From the human T2T-CHM13v2.0 reference genome, Homo sapiens: DNA of 64,000 nucleotides. The position numbers were made by a program, and so were the translations under genes. Positions 42,285-56,400 of the stretch are shown piece by piece. Position 1 is the stretch's first letter; each line of letters begins with the position of its first letter. The notes under the pieces were generated by a model. It searched no databases, was not told the origin of the DNA, and was given only the letters and a program-made list of their open reading frames with translations. Location of the stretch: assembly GCF_009914755.1 (NCBI RefSeq), contig NC_060946.1; one strand, given 5' to 3'.

Positions 42285-43647
42285 GTGACTTGAATGCACA
42301 CATCACAAAGAAGTTTCTGAGGATGCTGCTGTCTACTTTTTATACGTAATCCCGTTTCCAACGAAATCCTCCAAGCTATCCAAATATCCACTTGCAGATT
42401 CCACAGAAAGACTGTTTCAAAACTGCTCTGTCAATAGAAAGGTTCAACTCTGTTAGCTGCGTGCATATATCCCAAAGAAGATTCTGAGATTGCTTCTGTC
42501 TAGTTTTTATGGGAAGATATTTCCCTTTTCACCGTAGGCGTCAAGGCGCTCCAAATGTCCACTTCCAGATACTACAAAAAGAGTGTTTCAAACCTACTCT
42601 GTGAAAGGGAATATTCAACTCTGTGACTTGAATGCACATATCACAAAGAAGTTTCTGAGAATGCTTCTGTCGAGATTTTATATGAAGATATTCCCGTTTC
42701 CAACGAAATCCTGAAATCTATCCAAATATCCCCTCGCAGATTCTACAAAAAGAGTGTTTCAAAACTGTTCTGTAAAAAGAAAGGTTCAACTCTGTTAGTT
42801 GAGTACACACATCACAAACAAGTATCACAGAATGCTTCTTTCTAGCTTGTAGGGGAAGATATTCCCTTTATCACCATGGGCCTCAAACCGTCCTAAACGT
42901 CCACTTCCATATACTTCAAAAAGAGCGTTTCAAACCTGCTCTATGAAAGGCAATGTTCAACTCTGTGACTTGAATGCAGACATCACAGAGCTGTTTATGA
43001 GAATGCTTCTGTCTAGATTTTATAGGATGATATTCCCGTTTCCAACGAAATCTTCACAGCTATCCAAATATCCACTTGCAGATTCTACAAAAAGAGTGTA
43101 TCCAAACTGCTCTGGCAAAAGGAAGGTTCTTCTCTGTTAGGTGAGTGCATACGTCATAAAGGAGTTTCTGAGAATGTTTCTGTCTAGTGGTTATGGGAAG
43201 ATATTTGCTTTTTCACCATAGGCCTCAGAGCGCTCCAAATATCCACTTGCACATACTACAAAAAGAGTGCCTCAAAGCTGCTCTCTGAAATGGAATGTTC
43301 AACTCTATGAGTTGAATGCAAACATCACAAAGACGTTTCTGAGAATGCTTCTGTCTAGATTTGATATGAAGATATTCCCGTTTCCAACGAAATCTTCAAA
43401 TCTATCCAAATGTCCACTTGCAGATTCAACAAAAAGTGTTTTTCAGAACTGCTCTATCAAAAGAAAGATCCACCTCTGTTAGCTGAGTTCACACATCCAA
43501 ACAAGTTTATGAGAATGCTTCTGTCTAGTTTTTATTTGAAGATATTTCCTTTCTCACCATAGACCTGAAAGCTGTCCTAATGTTCACTTCCAGATACTAC
43601 AGAAAGAGTGTTTAAAAACTGCTGTACGAAAGGGAATGTTCAACTCT
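42285..43647 (-). repeat. 1363-bp variant HOR copy (U32) with a 1-bp deletion and many substitutions
   Basis: acacatc-caaac at 43497/43498 versus consensus acacatcacaaac; the periodicity shifts by -1 downstream. Confidence 0.93.
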
Positions 43648-46600
43648 GTGACTTGAATGCACACATCACAAAGAAGTTTCTGAGGATGCTGCTGTCTACT
43701 TTTTATACGTAATCCCGTTTCCAACGAAATCCTCCAAGCTATCCAAATATCCACTTGCAGATTCCACAGAAAGACTGTTTCAAAACTGCTCTGTCAATAG
43801 AAAGGTTCAACTCTGTTAGCTGCGTGCATATATCCCAAAGAAGATTCTGAGATTGCTTCTGTCTAGTTTTTATGGGAAGATATTTCCCTTTTCACCGTAG
43901 GTGTCAAGGCGCTCCAAATGTCCACTTCCAGATACTACAAAAAGAGTGTTTCAAACCTACTCTGTGAAAAGGAATATTCAACTCTGTGACTTGAATGCAC
44001 ATATCACAAAGAAGTTTCTGAGAATGCTTCTGTCGAGATTTTATATGAAGATATTCCCGTTTCCAACGAAATCCTGAAATCTATCCAAATATCCCCTCGC
44101 AGATTCTACAAAAAGAGTGTTTCAAAACTGCTCTGTAAAAAGAAAGGTTCAACTCTGTTAGTTGAGTACACACATCACAAACAAGTTTCACAGAATGCTT
44201 CTTTCTAGCTTGTAGGGGAAGATATTCCCTTTATCACCATGGGCCTCCAACCGTCCGAAACGTCCACTTCCATATACTACAAAAAGAGCGTTTCAAACCT
44301 GCTCTAGGAAAGGCAATGTTCAACTCTGTGACTTGAATGCAGACATCACAGAGCAGTTTCTGAGAATGCTTCTGTCTAGATTTTATAGGAAGATATTCCC
44401 GTTTCCAACGAAATCTTCACAGCTATCCAAATATCCACTTGCAGATTCTACAAAAAGAGTGTATCAAAACTGCTCTGTCAAAAGGAAGGTTCTTCTCTGT
44501 TAGGTGAGTGCATACGTCATAAAGGAGTTTCTGAGAATGTTTCTGTCTAGTGGTTATGGGAAGATATTTGCTTTTTCACCGTAGGCCTCAGAGCGCTCCA
44601 AATATCCACTTGCACATACTACAAAAAGAGTGCCTCAAAGCTGCTCTCTGAAACGGAATGTTCAACTCTATGAGTTGAATGCAAACATCACAAAGACGTT
44701 TCTGAGAATGCTTCTGTCTAGATTTGATATGAAGATATTCCCGTTTCCAACGAAATCTTCAAATCTATCCAAATGTCCACTTGCAGATTCAACAAAAAGT
44801 GTTTTTCAGAACTGCTCTATCAAAAGAAAGATCCACCTCTGTTAGCTGAGTTCACACATCACAAACAAGTTTATGAGAATGCTTCTGTCTAGTTTTTATT
44901 TGAAGATATTTCCTTTCTCACCATAGACCTGAAAGCTGTCCTAATGTTCACTTCCAGATACTACAGAAAGAGTGTTTCAAAACTGCTGTACGAAAGGGAA
45001 TGTTCAACTCTGTGACTTGAATGCACACATCACAAAGAAGTTTCTGAGGATGCTGCTGTCTACTTTTTATACGTAATCCCGTTTCCAACGAAATCCTCCA
45101 AGCTATCCAAATATCCACTTGCAGATTCCACAGAAAGACTGTTTCAAAACTGCTCTGTCAATAGAAAGGTTCAACTCTGTTAGCTGCGTGCATATATCCC
45201 AAAGAAGATTCTGAGATTGCTTCTGTCTAGTTTTTATGGGAAGATATTTCCCTTTTCACCGTAGGCGTCAAGGCGCTCCAAATGTCCACTTCCAGATACT
45301 ACAAAAAGAGTGTTTCAAACCTACTCTGTGAAAGGGAATATTCAACTCTGTGACTTGAATGCACATATCACAAAGAAGTTTCTGAGAATGCTTCTGTCGA
45401 GATTTTATATGAAGATATTCCCGTTTCCAACGAAATCCTGAAATCTATCCAAATATCCCCTCGCAGATTCTACAAAAAGAGTGTTTCAAAACTGCTCTGT
45501 AAAAAGAAAGGTTCAACTCTGTTAGTTGAGTACACACATCACAAACAAGTTTCACAGAATGCTTCTTTCTAGCTTGTAGGGGAAGATATTCCCTTTATCA
45601 CCATGGTCCTCAAACCGTCCGAAACGTCCACTTCCATATACTACAAAAAGAGCGTTTCAAACCTGCTCTAGGAAAGGCAATGTTCAACTCTGTGACTTGA
45701 ATGCAGACATCACAGAACAGTTTCTGAGAATGCTTCTGTCTAGATTTTATAGGAAGATATTCCCGTTTCCAACGAAATCTTCACAGCTATCCAAATATCC
45801 ACTTGCAGATTCTACAAAAAGAGTGTATCAAAACTGCTCTGTCAAAAGGAAGGTTCTTCTCTGTTAGGTGAGTGCATACGTCATAAAGGAGTTTCTGAGA
45901 ATGTTTCTGTCTAGTGGTTATGGGAAGATATTTGCTTTTTCACCGTAGGCCTCAGAGCGCTCCAAATATCCACTTGCACATACTACAAAAAGAGTGCCTC
46001 AAAGCTGCTCTCTGAAACGGAATGTTCAACTCTATGAGTTGAATGCAAACATCACAAAGACGTTTCTGAGAATGCTTCTGTCTAGATTTGATATGAAGAT
46101 ATTCCCGTTTCCAACGAAATCTTCAAATCTATCCAAATGTCCACTTGCAGATTCAACAAAAAGTGTTTTTCAGAACTGCTCTATCAAAAGAAAGATCCAC
46201 CTCTGTTAGCTGAGTTCACACATCACAAACAAGTTTATGAGAATGCTTCTGTCTAGTTTTTATTTGAAGATATTTCCTTTCTCACCATAGACCTGAAAGC
46301 TGTCCTAATGTTCACTTCCAGATACTACAGAAAGAGTGTTTCAAAACTGCTGTACGAAAGGGAATGTTCAACTCTGTGACTTGAATGCACACATCACAAA
46401 GAAGTTTCTGAGGATGCTGCTGTCTACTTTTTATACGTAATCCCGTTTCCAACGAAATCCTCCAAGCTATCCAAATATCCACTTGCAGATTCCACAGAAA
46501 GACTGTTTCAAAACTGCTCTGTCAATAGAAAGGTTCAACTCTGTTAGCTGCGTGCATATATCCCAAAGAAGATTCTGAGATTGCTTCTGTCTAGTTTTTA

Positions 46601-49103
46601 TGGGAAGATATTTCCCTTTTCACCGTAGGCGTCAAGGCGCTCCAAATGTCCACTTCCAGATACTACAAAAAGAGTGTTTCAAACCTACTCTGTGAAAGGG
46701 AATATTCAACTCTGTGACTTGAATGCACATATCACAAAGAAGTTTCTGAGAATGCTTCTGTCGAGATTTTATATGAAGATGTTCCCGTTTCCAACGAAAT
46801 CCTGAAATCTATCCAAATATCACCTCGCAGATTCTACAAAAAGAGTGTTTCAAAACTGCTCTGTAAAAAGAAAGTTTCAACTCTGTTACTTGAGTACACA
46901 CATCACAAACAAGTTTCACAGAATGCTTCTTTCTAGCTTGTAGGGGAAGATATTCCCTTTATCACCATGGTCCTCAAACCGTCCGAAACGTCCACTTCCA
47001 TATACTACAAAAAGAGCGTTTCAAACCTGCTCTATGAAAGGCAATGTTCAACTCTGTGACTTGAATGCAGACATCACAGAGCAGTTTCTGAGAATGCTTC
47101 TGTCTGGATTTTATAGGAAGATATTCCCGTTTCCAACGAAATCTTCACAGCTATCCAAATATCCACTTGCAGATTCTACAAAAAGAGTGTATCCAAACTG
47201 CTCTGGCAAAAGGAAGGTTCTTCTCTGTTAGGTGAGTGCATACGTCATAAAGGAGTTTCTGAGAATGTTTCTGTCTAGTGGTTATGGGAAGATATTTGCT
47301 TTTTCACCGTAGGCCTCAGAGCGCTCCAAATATCCACTTGCACATACTACAAAAAGAGTGCCTCAAAGCTGCTCTCTGAAACGGAATGTTCAACTCTATG
47401 AGTTGAATGCAAACATCACAAAGACGTTTCTGAGAATGCTTCTGTCTAGATTTGATATGAAGATATTCCCGTTTCCAACGAAATCTTCAAATCTATCCAA
47501 ATGTCCCCTTGCAGATTCAACAAAAAGTGTTTTTCAGAACTGCTCTATCAAAAGAAAGATCCACCTCTGTTAGCTGAGTTCACACATCACAAACAAGTTT
47601 ATGAGAATGCTTCTGTCTAGTTTTTATTTGAAGATATTTCCTTTCTCACCATAGACCTGAAAGCTGTCCTAATGTTCACTTCCAGATACTACAGAAAGAG
47701 TGTTTAAAAACTGCTGTACGAAAGGGAATGTTCAACTCTGTGACTTGAATGCACACATCACAAAGAAGTTTCTGAGGATGCTGCTGTCTACTTTTTATAC
47801 GTAATCCCGTTTCCAACGAAATCCTCCAAGCTATCCAAATATCCACTTGCAGATTCCACAGAAAGACTGTTTCAAAACTGCTCTGTCAATAGAAAGGTTC
47901 AACTCTGTTAGCTGCGTGCATATATCTCAAAGAAGATTCTGAGATTGCTTCTGTCTAGTTTTTATGGGAAGATATTTCCCTTTTCACCGTAGGCGTCAAG
48001 GCGCTCCAAATGTCCACTTCCAGATACTACAAAAAGAGTGTTTCAAACCTACTCTGTGAAAGCGAATATTCAACTCTGTGACTTGAATGCACATATCACA
48101 AAGAAGTTTCTGAGAATGCTTCTGTCGAGATTTTATATGAAGATATTCCCGTTTCCAACGAAATCCTGAAATCTATCCAAATATCCCCTCGCAGATTCTA
48201 CAAAAAGAGTGTTTCAAAACTGCTCTGTAAAAAGAAAGGTTCAACTCTGTTAGTTGAGTACACACATCACAAACAAGTTTCACAGAATGCTTCTTTCTAG
48301 CTTGTAGGGGAAGATATTCCCTTTATCACCATGGGCCTCCAACCGTCCGAAACGTCCACTTCCATATACTACCAAAAGAGCGTTTCAAACCTGCTCTAGG
48401 AAAGGCAATGTTCAACTCTGTGACTTGAATGCAGACATCACAGAGCAGTTTCTGAGAATGCTTCCGTCTAGATTTTATAGGAAGATATTCCCGTTTCCAA
48501 CGAAATCTTCACAGCTATCCAAATATCCACTTGCAGATTCTACAAAAAGAGTGTATCAAAACTGCTCTGTCAAAAGGAAGGTTCTTCTCTGTTAGGTGAG
48601 TGCATACGTCATAAAGGAGTTTCTGAGAATGTTTCTGTCTAGTGGTTATGGGAAGATATTTGCTTTTTCACCGTAGGCCTCAGAGCGCTCCAAATATCCA
48701 CTTGCACATACTACAAAAAGAGTGCCTCAAAGCTGCTCTCTGAAACGGAATGTTCAACTCTATGAGTTGAATGCAAACATCACAAAGACGTTTCTGAGAA
48801 TGCTTCTGTCTAGATTTGATATGAAGATATTCCCGTTTCCAACAAAATCTTCAAATCTATCCAAATGTCCACTTGCAGATTCAACAAAAAGTGTTTTTCA
48901 GAACTGCTCTATCAAAAGAAAGATCCACCTCTGTTAGCTGAGTTCACACATCACAAACAAGTTTATGAGAATGCTTCTGTCTAGTTTTTATTTGAAGATA
49001 TTTCCTTTCTCACCATAGACCTGAAAGCTGTCCTAATGTTCACTTCCAGATACTACAGAAAGAGTGTTTCAAAACTGCTGTACGAAAGGGAATGTTCAAC
49101 TCT

Positions 49104-50466
49104 GTGACTTGAATGCACACATCACAAAGAAGTTTCTGAGGATGCTGCTGTCTACTTTTTATACGTAATCCCGTTTCCAACGAAATCCTCCAAGCTATCC
49201 AAATATCCACTTGCAGATTCCACAGAAAGACTGTTTCAAAACTGCTCTGTCAATAGAAAGGTTCAACTCTGTTAGCTGCGTGCATATATCCCAAAGAAGA
49301 TTCTGAGATTGCTTCTGTCTAGTTTTTATGGGAAGATATTTCCCTTTTCACCGTAGGCGTCAAGGCGCTCCAAATGTCCACTTCCAGATACTACAAAAAG
49401 AGTGTTTCAAACCTACTCTGTGAAAGGGAATATTCAACTCTGTGACTTGAATGCACATATCACAAAGAAGTTTCTGAGAATGCTTCTGTCGAGATTTTAT
49501 ATGAAGATATTCCCGTTTCCAACGAAATCCTGAAATCTATCCAAATATCCCCTCGCAGATTCTACAAAAAGAGTGTTTCAAAACTGTTCTGTAAAAAGAA
49601 AGGTTCAACTCTGTTAGTTGAGTACACACATCACAAACAAGTATCACAGAATGCTTCTTTCTAGCTTGTAGGGGAAGATATTCCCTTTATCACCATGGGC
49701 CTCAAACCGTCCGAAACGTCCACTTCCATATACTTCAAAAAGAGCGTTTCAAACCTGCTCTATGAAAGGCAATGTTCAACTCTGTGAGTTGAATGCAGAC
49801 ATCACAGAGCTGTTTCTGAGAATGCTTCTGTCTAGATTTTATAGGATGATATTCCCGTTTCCAACGAAATCTTCACAGCTATCCAAATATCCACTTGCAG
49901 ATTCTACAAAAAGAGTGTATCCAAACTGCTCTGGCAAAAGGAAGGTTCTTCTCTGTTAGGTGAGTGCATACGTCATAAAGGAGTTTCTGAGAATGTTTCT
50001 GTCTAGTGGTTATGGGAAGATATTTGCTTTTTCACCGTAGGCCTCAGAGCGCTCCAAATATCCACTTGCACATACTACAAAAAGAGTGCCTCAAAGCTGC
50101 TCTCTGAAATGGAATGTTCAACTCTATGAGTTGAATGCAAACATCACAAAGACGTTTCTGAGAATGCTTCTGTCTAGATTTGATATGAAGATATTCCCGT
50201 TTCCAACGAAATCTTCAAATCTATCCAAATGTCCACTTGCAGATTCAACAAAAAGTGTTTTTCAGAACTGCTCTATCAAAAGAAAGATCCACCTCTGTTA
50301 GCTGAGTTCACACATCCAAACAAGTTTATGAGAATGCTTCTGTCTAGTTTTTATTTGAAGATATTTCCTTTCTCACCATAGACCTGAAAGCTGTCCTAAT
50401 GTTCACTTCCAGATACTACAGAAAGAGTGTTTAAAAACTGCTGTACGAAAGGGAATGTTCAACTCT
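49104..50466 (-). repeat. Second 1363-bp variant HOR copy (U37) with the same deletion
   Basis: acacatc-caaac at 50316/50317; the periodicity shifts by a further -1. Confidence 0.93.
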
Positions 50467-53400
50467 GTGACTTGAATGCACACATCACAAAGAAGTTTCT
50501 GAGGATGCTGCTGTCTACTTTTTATACGTAATCCCGTTTCCAACGAAATCCTCCAAGCTATCCAAATATCTACTTGCAGATTCCACAGAAAGACTGTTTC
50601 AAAACTGCTCTGTCAATAGAAAGGTTCAACTCTGTTAGCTGCGTGCATATATCCCAAAGAAGTTTCTGAGATTGCTTCTGTCTAGTTTTTATGGGAAGAT
50701 ATTTCCCTTTTCACCGTAGGTGTCAAGGCGCTCCAAATGTCCACTTCCAGATACTACAAAAAGAGTGTTTCAAACCTACTCTGTGAAAGCGAATATTCAA
50801 CTCTGTGACTTTAATGCACATATCACAAAGAAGTTTCTGAGAATGCTTCTGTCGAGATTTTATATGAAGATATTCCCGTTTCCAAAGAAATCCTGAAATC
50901 TATCCAAATATCCCCTCGCAGATTCTACAAAAAGAGTGTTTCAAAACTGCTCTGTAAAAAGAAAGGTTCAACTCTGTTAGTTGAGTACACACATCACAAA
51001 CAAGTTTCACAGAATGCTTCTTTCTAGCTTGTAGGGGAAGATATTCCCTTTATCACCATGGGCCTCCAACCGTCCGAAACATCCACTTCCATATACTACA
51101 AAAAGAGCGTTTCAAACCTGCTCTAGGAAAGGCAATGTTCAACTCTGTGACTTGAATGCAGACATCACAGAGCAGTTTCTGAGAATGCTTCTGTCTAGAT
51201 TTTATAGGAAGATATTCCCGTTTCCAACGAAATCTTCACAGCTATCCAAATATCCACTTGCAGATTCTACAAAAAGAGTGTATCAAAACTGCTCTGTCAA
51301 AAGGAAGGTTCTTCTCTGTTAGGTGAGTGCATACGTCATAAAGGAGTTTCTGAGAATGTTTCTGTCTAGTGGTTATGGGAAGATATTTGCTTTTTCACCG
51401 TAGGCCTCAGAGCGCTCCAAATATCCACTTGCACATACTACAAAAAGAGTGCCTCAAAGCTGCTCTCTGAAACGGAATGTTCAACTCTATGAGTTGAATG
51501 CAAACATCACAAAGACGTTTCTGAGAATGCTTCTGTCTAGATTTGATATGAAGATATTCCCGTTTCCAACGAAATCTTCAAATCTATCCAAATGTCCACT
51601 TGCAGATTCAACAAAAAGTGTTTTTCAGAACTGCTCTATCAAAAGAAAGATCCACCTCTGTTAGCTGAGTTCACACATCACAAACAAGTTTATGAGAATG
51701 CTTCTGTCTAGTTTTTATTTGAAGATATTTCCTTTCTCACCATAGACCTGAAAGCTGTCCTAATGTTCACTTCCAGATACTACAGAAAGAGTGTTTCAAA
51801 ACTGCTGTACGAAAGGGAATGTTCAACTCTGTGACTTGAATGCACACATCACAAAGAAGTTTCTGAGGATGCTGCTGTCTACTTTTTATACGTAATCCCG
51901 TTTCCAACGAAATCCTCCAAGCTATCCAAATATCCACTTGCAGATTCCACAGAAAGACTGTTTCAAAACTGCTCTGTCAATAGAAAGGTTCAACTCTGTT
52001 AGCTGCGTGCATATATCCCAAAGAAGATTCTGAGATTGCTTCTGTCTAGTTTTTATGGGAAGATATTTCCCTTTTCATCGTAGGCGTCAAGGCGCTCCAA
52101 ATGTCCACTTCCAGATACTACAAAAAGAGTGTTTCAAACCTACTCTGTGAAAGCGAATATTCAACTCTGTGACTTGAATGCACATATCACAAAGAAGTTT
52201 CTGAGAATGCTTCTGTCGAGATTTTATATGAAGATATTCCCGTTTCCAACGAAATCCTGAAATCTATCCAAATATCCCCTCGCAGATTCTACAAAAAGAG
52301 TGTTTCAAAACTGCTCTGTAAAAAGAAAGGTTCAACTCTGTTAGTTGAGTACACACATCACAAACAAGTTTCACAGAATGCTTCTTTCTAGCTTGTAGGG
52401 GAAGATATTCCCTTTATCACCATGGGCCTCCAACCGTCCGAAACGTCCACTTCCATATACTACCAAAAGAGCGTTTCAAACCTGCTCTAGGAAAGGCAAT
52501 GTTCAACTCTGTGACTTGAATGCAAACATCACAGAGCAGTTTCTGAGAATGCTTCTGTCTAGATTTTATAGGAAGATATTCCCGTTTCCAACGAAATCTT
52601 CACAGCTATCCAAATATCCACTTGCAGATTCTACAAAAAGAGTGTATCAAAACTGCTCTGTCAAAAGGAAGGTTCTTCTCTGTTAGGTGAGTGCATACGT
52701 CATAAAGGAGTTTCTGAGAATGTTTCTGTCTAGTGGTTATGGGAAGATATTTGCTTTTTCACCGTAGGCCTCAGAGCGCTCCAAATATCCACTTGCACAT
52801 ACTACAAAAAGAGTGTCTCAAAGCTGCTCTCTGAAACGGAATGTTCAACTCTATGAGTTGAATGCAAACATCACAAAGACGTTTCTGAGAATGCTTCTGT
52901 CTAGATTTGATATGAAGATATTCCCGTTTCCAACGAAATCTTCAAATCTATCCAAATGTCCACTTGCAGATTCAACAAAAAGTGTTTTTCAGAACTGCTC
53001 TATCAAAAGAAAGATCCACCTCTGTTAGCTGAGTTCACACATCACAAACAAGTTTATGAGAATGCTTCTGTCTAGTTTTTATTTGAAGATATTTCCTTTC
53101 TCACCATAGACCTGAAAGCTGTCCTAATGTTCACTTCCAGATACTACAGAAAGAGTGTTTCAAAACTGCTGTACGAAAGGGAATGTTCAACTCTGTGACT
53201 TGAATGCACACATCACAAAGAAGTTTCTGAGGATGCTGCTGTCTACTTTTTATACGTAATCCCGTTTCCAACGAAATCCTCCAAGCTATCCAAATATCCA
53301 CTTGCAGATTCCACAGAAAGACTGTTTCAAAACTGCTCTGTCAATAGAAAGGTTCAACTCTGTTAGCTGCGTGCATATATCCCAAAGAAGATTCTGAGAT

Positions 53401-56400
53401 TGCTTCTGTCTAGTTTTTATGGGAAGATATTTCCCTTTTCACCGTAGGCGTTAAGGCGCTCCAAATGTCCACTTCCAGATAGTACAAAAAGAGTGTTTCA
53501 AACCTACTCTGTGAAAGGGAATATTCAACTCTGTGACTTGAATGCACATATCACAAAGAAGTTTCTGAGAATGCTTCTGTCGAGATTTTATATGAAGATG
53601 TTCCCGTTTCCAACGAAATCCTGAAATCTATCCAAATATCACCTCGCAGATTCTACAAAAAGAGTGTTTCAAAACTGCTCTGTAAAAAGAAAGTTTCAAC
53701 TCTGTTACTTGAGTACACACATCACAAACAAGTTTCACAGAATGCTTCTTTCTAGCTTGTAGGGGAAGATATTCCCTTTATCACCATGGTCCTCAAACCG
53801 TCCGAAACGTCCACTTCCATATACTACAAAAAGAGCGTTTCAAACCTGCTCTATGAAAGGCAATGTTCAACTCTGTGACTTGAATGCAGACATCACAGAG
53901 CAGTTTCTGAGAATGCTTCTGTCTAGATTTTATAGGAAGATATTCCCGTTTCCAACGAAATCTTCACAGCTATCCAAATATCCACTTGCAGATTCTACAA
54001 AAAGAGTGTATCAAAACTGCTCTGTCAAAAGGAAGGTTCTTCTCCGTTAGGTGAGTGCATACGTCATAAAGGAGTTTCTGAGAATGTTTCTGTCTAGTGG
54101 TTATGGGAAGATATTTGCTTTTTCACCGTAGGCCTCAGAGCGCTCCAAATATCCACTTGCACATACTACAAAAAGAGTGCCTCAAAGCTGCTCTTTGAAA
54201 CGGAATGTTCAACTCTATGAGTTGAATGCAAACATCACAAAGACGTTTCTGAGAATGCTTCTGTCTAGATTTGATATGAAGATATTCCCGTTTCCAACGA
54301 AATCTTCAAATCTATCCAAATGTCCACTTGCAGATTCAACAAAAAGTGTTTTTCAGAACTGCTCTATCAAAAGAAAGATCCACCTCTGTTAGCTGAGTTC
54401 ACACATCACAAACAAGTTTATGAGAATGCTTCTGTCTAGTTTTTATTTGAAGATATTTCCTTTCTCACCATAGACCTGAAAGCTGTCCTAATGTTCACTT
54501 CCAGATACTACAGAAAGAGTGTTTCAAAACTGCTGTATGAAAGGGAATGTTCAACTCTGTGACTTGAATGCACACATCACAAAGAAGTTTCTGAGGATGC
54601 TGCTGTCTACTTTTTATATGTAATCCCGTTTCCAACGAAATCCTCCAAGCTATCCAAATATCCACTTGCAGATTCCACAGAAAGACTGTTTCAAAACTGC
54701 TCTGTCAATAGAAAGGTTCAACTCTGTTAGCTGCGTGCATATATCCCAAAGAAGATTCTGAGATTGCTTCTGTCTAGTTTTTATGGGAAGATATTTCCCT
54801 TTTCACCGTAGGCGTCAAGGCGCTCCAAATGTCCACTTCCAGATACTACAAAAAGAGTGTTTCAAACCTACTCTGTGAAAGGGAATATTCAACTCTGTGA
54901 CTTGAATGCACATATCACAAAGAAGTTTCTGAGAATGCTTCTGTCGAGATTTTATATGAAGATATTCCCGTTTCCAACGAAATCCTGAAATCTATCCAAA
55001 TATCCCCTCGCAGATTCTACAAAAAGAGTGTTTCAAAACTGCTCTGTAAAAAGAAAGGTTCAACTCTGTTAGTTGAGTACACACATCACAAACAAGTTTC
55101 ACAGAATGCTTCTTTCTAGCTTGTAGGGGAAGATATTCCCTTTATCACCATGGGCCTCCAACCGTCCGAAACATCCACTTCCATATACTACAAAAAGAGC
55201 GTTTCAAACCTGCTCTAGGAAAGGCAATGTTCAACTCTGTGACTTGAAAGCAGACATCACAGAGCAGTTTCTGAGAATGCTTCTGTCTAGATTTTATAGG
55301 AAGATATTCCCGTTTCCAACGAAATCTTCACATCTATCCAAATATCCACTTGCAGATTCTTCAAAAAGAGTGTATCAAAACTGCTCTGTCAAAAGGAAGG
55401 TTCTTCTCTGTTAGGTGAGTGCATACGTCATAAAGGAGATTCTGGGAATGTTTCTGTCTAGTGGTTATGGGAAGATATTTGCTTTTTCACCGTAGGCCTC
55501 AGAGCGCTCCAAATATCCACTTGCACATACTACAAAAAGAGTGCCTCAAAGCTGCTCTCTGAAACGGAATGTTCAACTCTATGAGTTGAATGCAAACATC
55601 ACAAAGACGTTTCTGAGAATGCTTCTGTCTAGATTTGATATGAAGATATTCCCGTTTCCAACGAAATCTTCAAATCTATCCAAATGTCCACTTGCATAAT
55701 CAACAAAAAGTGTTTTTCAGAACTGCTCTATCAAAAGAAAGATCCACCTCTGTTAGCTGAGTTCACACATCACAAACAAGTTTATGAGAATGCTTCTGTC
55801 TAGTTTTTATTTGAAGATATTTCCTTTCTCACCATAGACCTGAAAGCTGTCCTAATGTTCACTTCCAGATACTACAGAAAGAGTGTTTCAAAACTGCTGT
55901 ACGAAAGGGAATGTTCAACTCTGTGACTTGAATGCACACATCACAAAGAAGTTTCTGAGGATGCTGCTGTCTACTTTTTATACGTAATCCCGTTTCCAAC
56001 GAAATCCTCCAAGCTATCCAAATATCCACTTGCAGATTCCACAGAAAGACTGTTTCAAAACTGCTCTGTCAATAGAAAGGTTCAAATCTGTTAGCTGCGT
56101 GCATATATCCCAAAGAAGATTCTGAGATTGCTTCTGTCTAGTTTTTATGGGAAGATATTTCCCTTTTCACCGTAGGCGTCAAGGCGCTCCAAATGTCCAC
56201 TTCCAGACACTACAAAAAGAGTGTTTCAAACCTACTCTGTGAAAGCGAATATTCAACTCTGTGACTTGAATGCACATATCACAAAGAAGTTTCTGAGAAT
56301 GCTTCTGTCGAGATTTTATATGAAGATATTCCCGTTTCCAACGAAATCCTGAAATCTATCCAAATATCCCCTCGCAGATTCTACAAAAAGAGTGTTTCAA

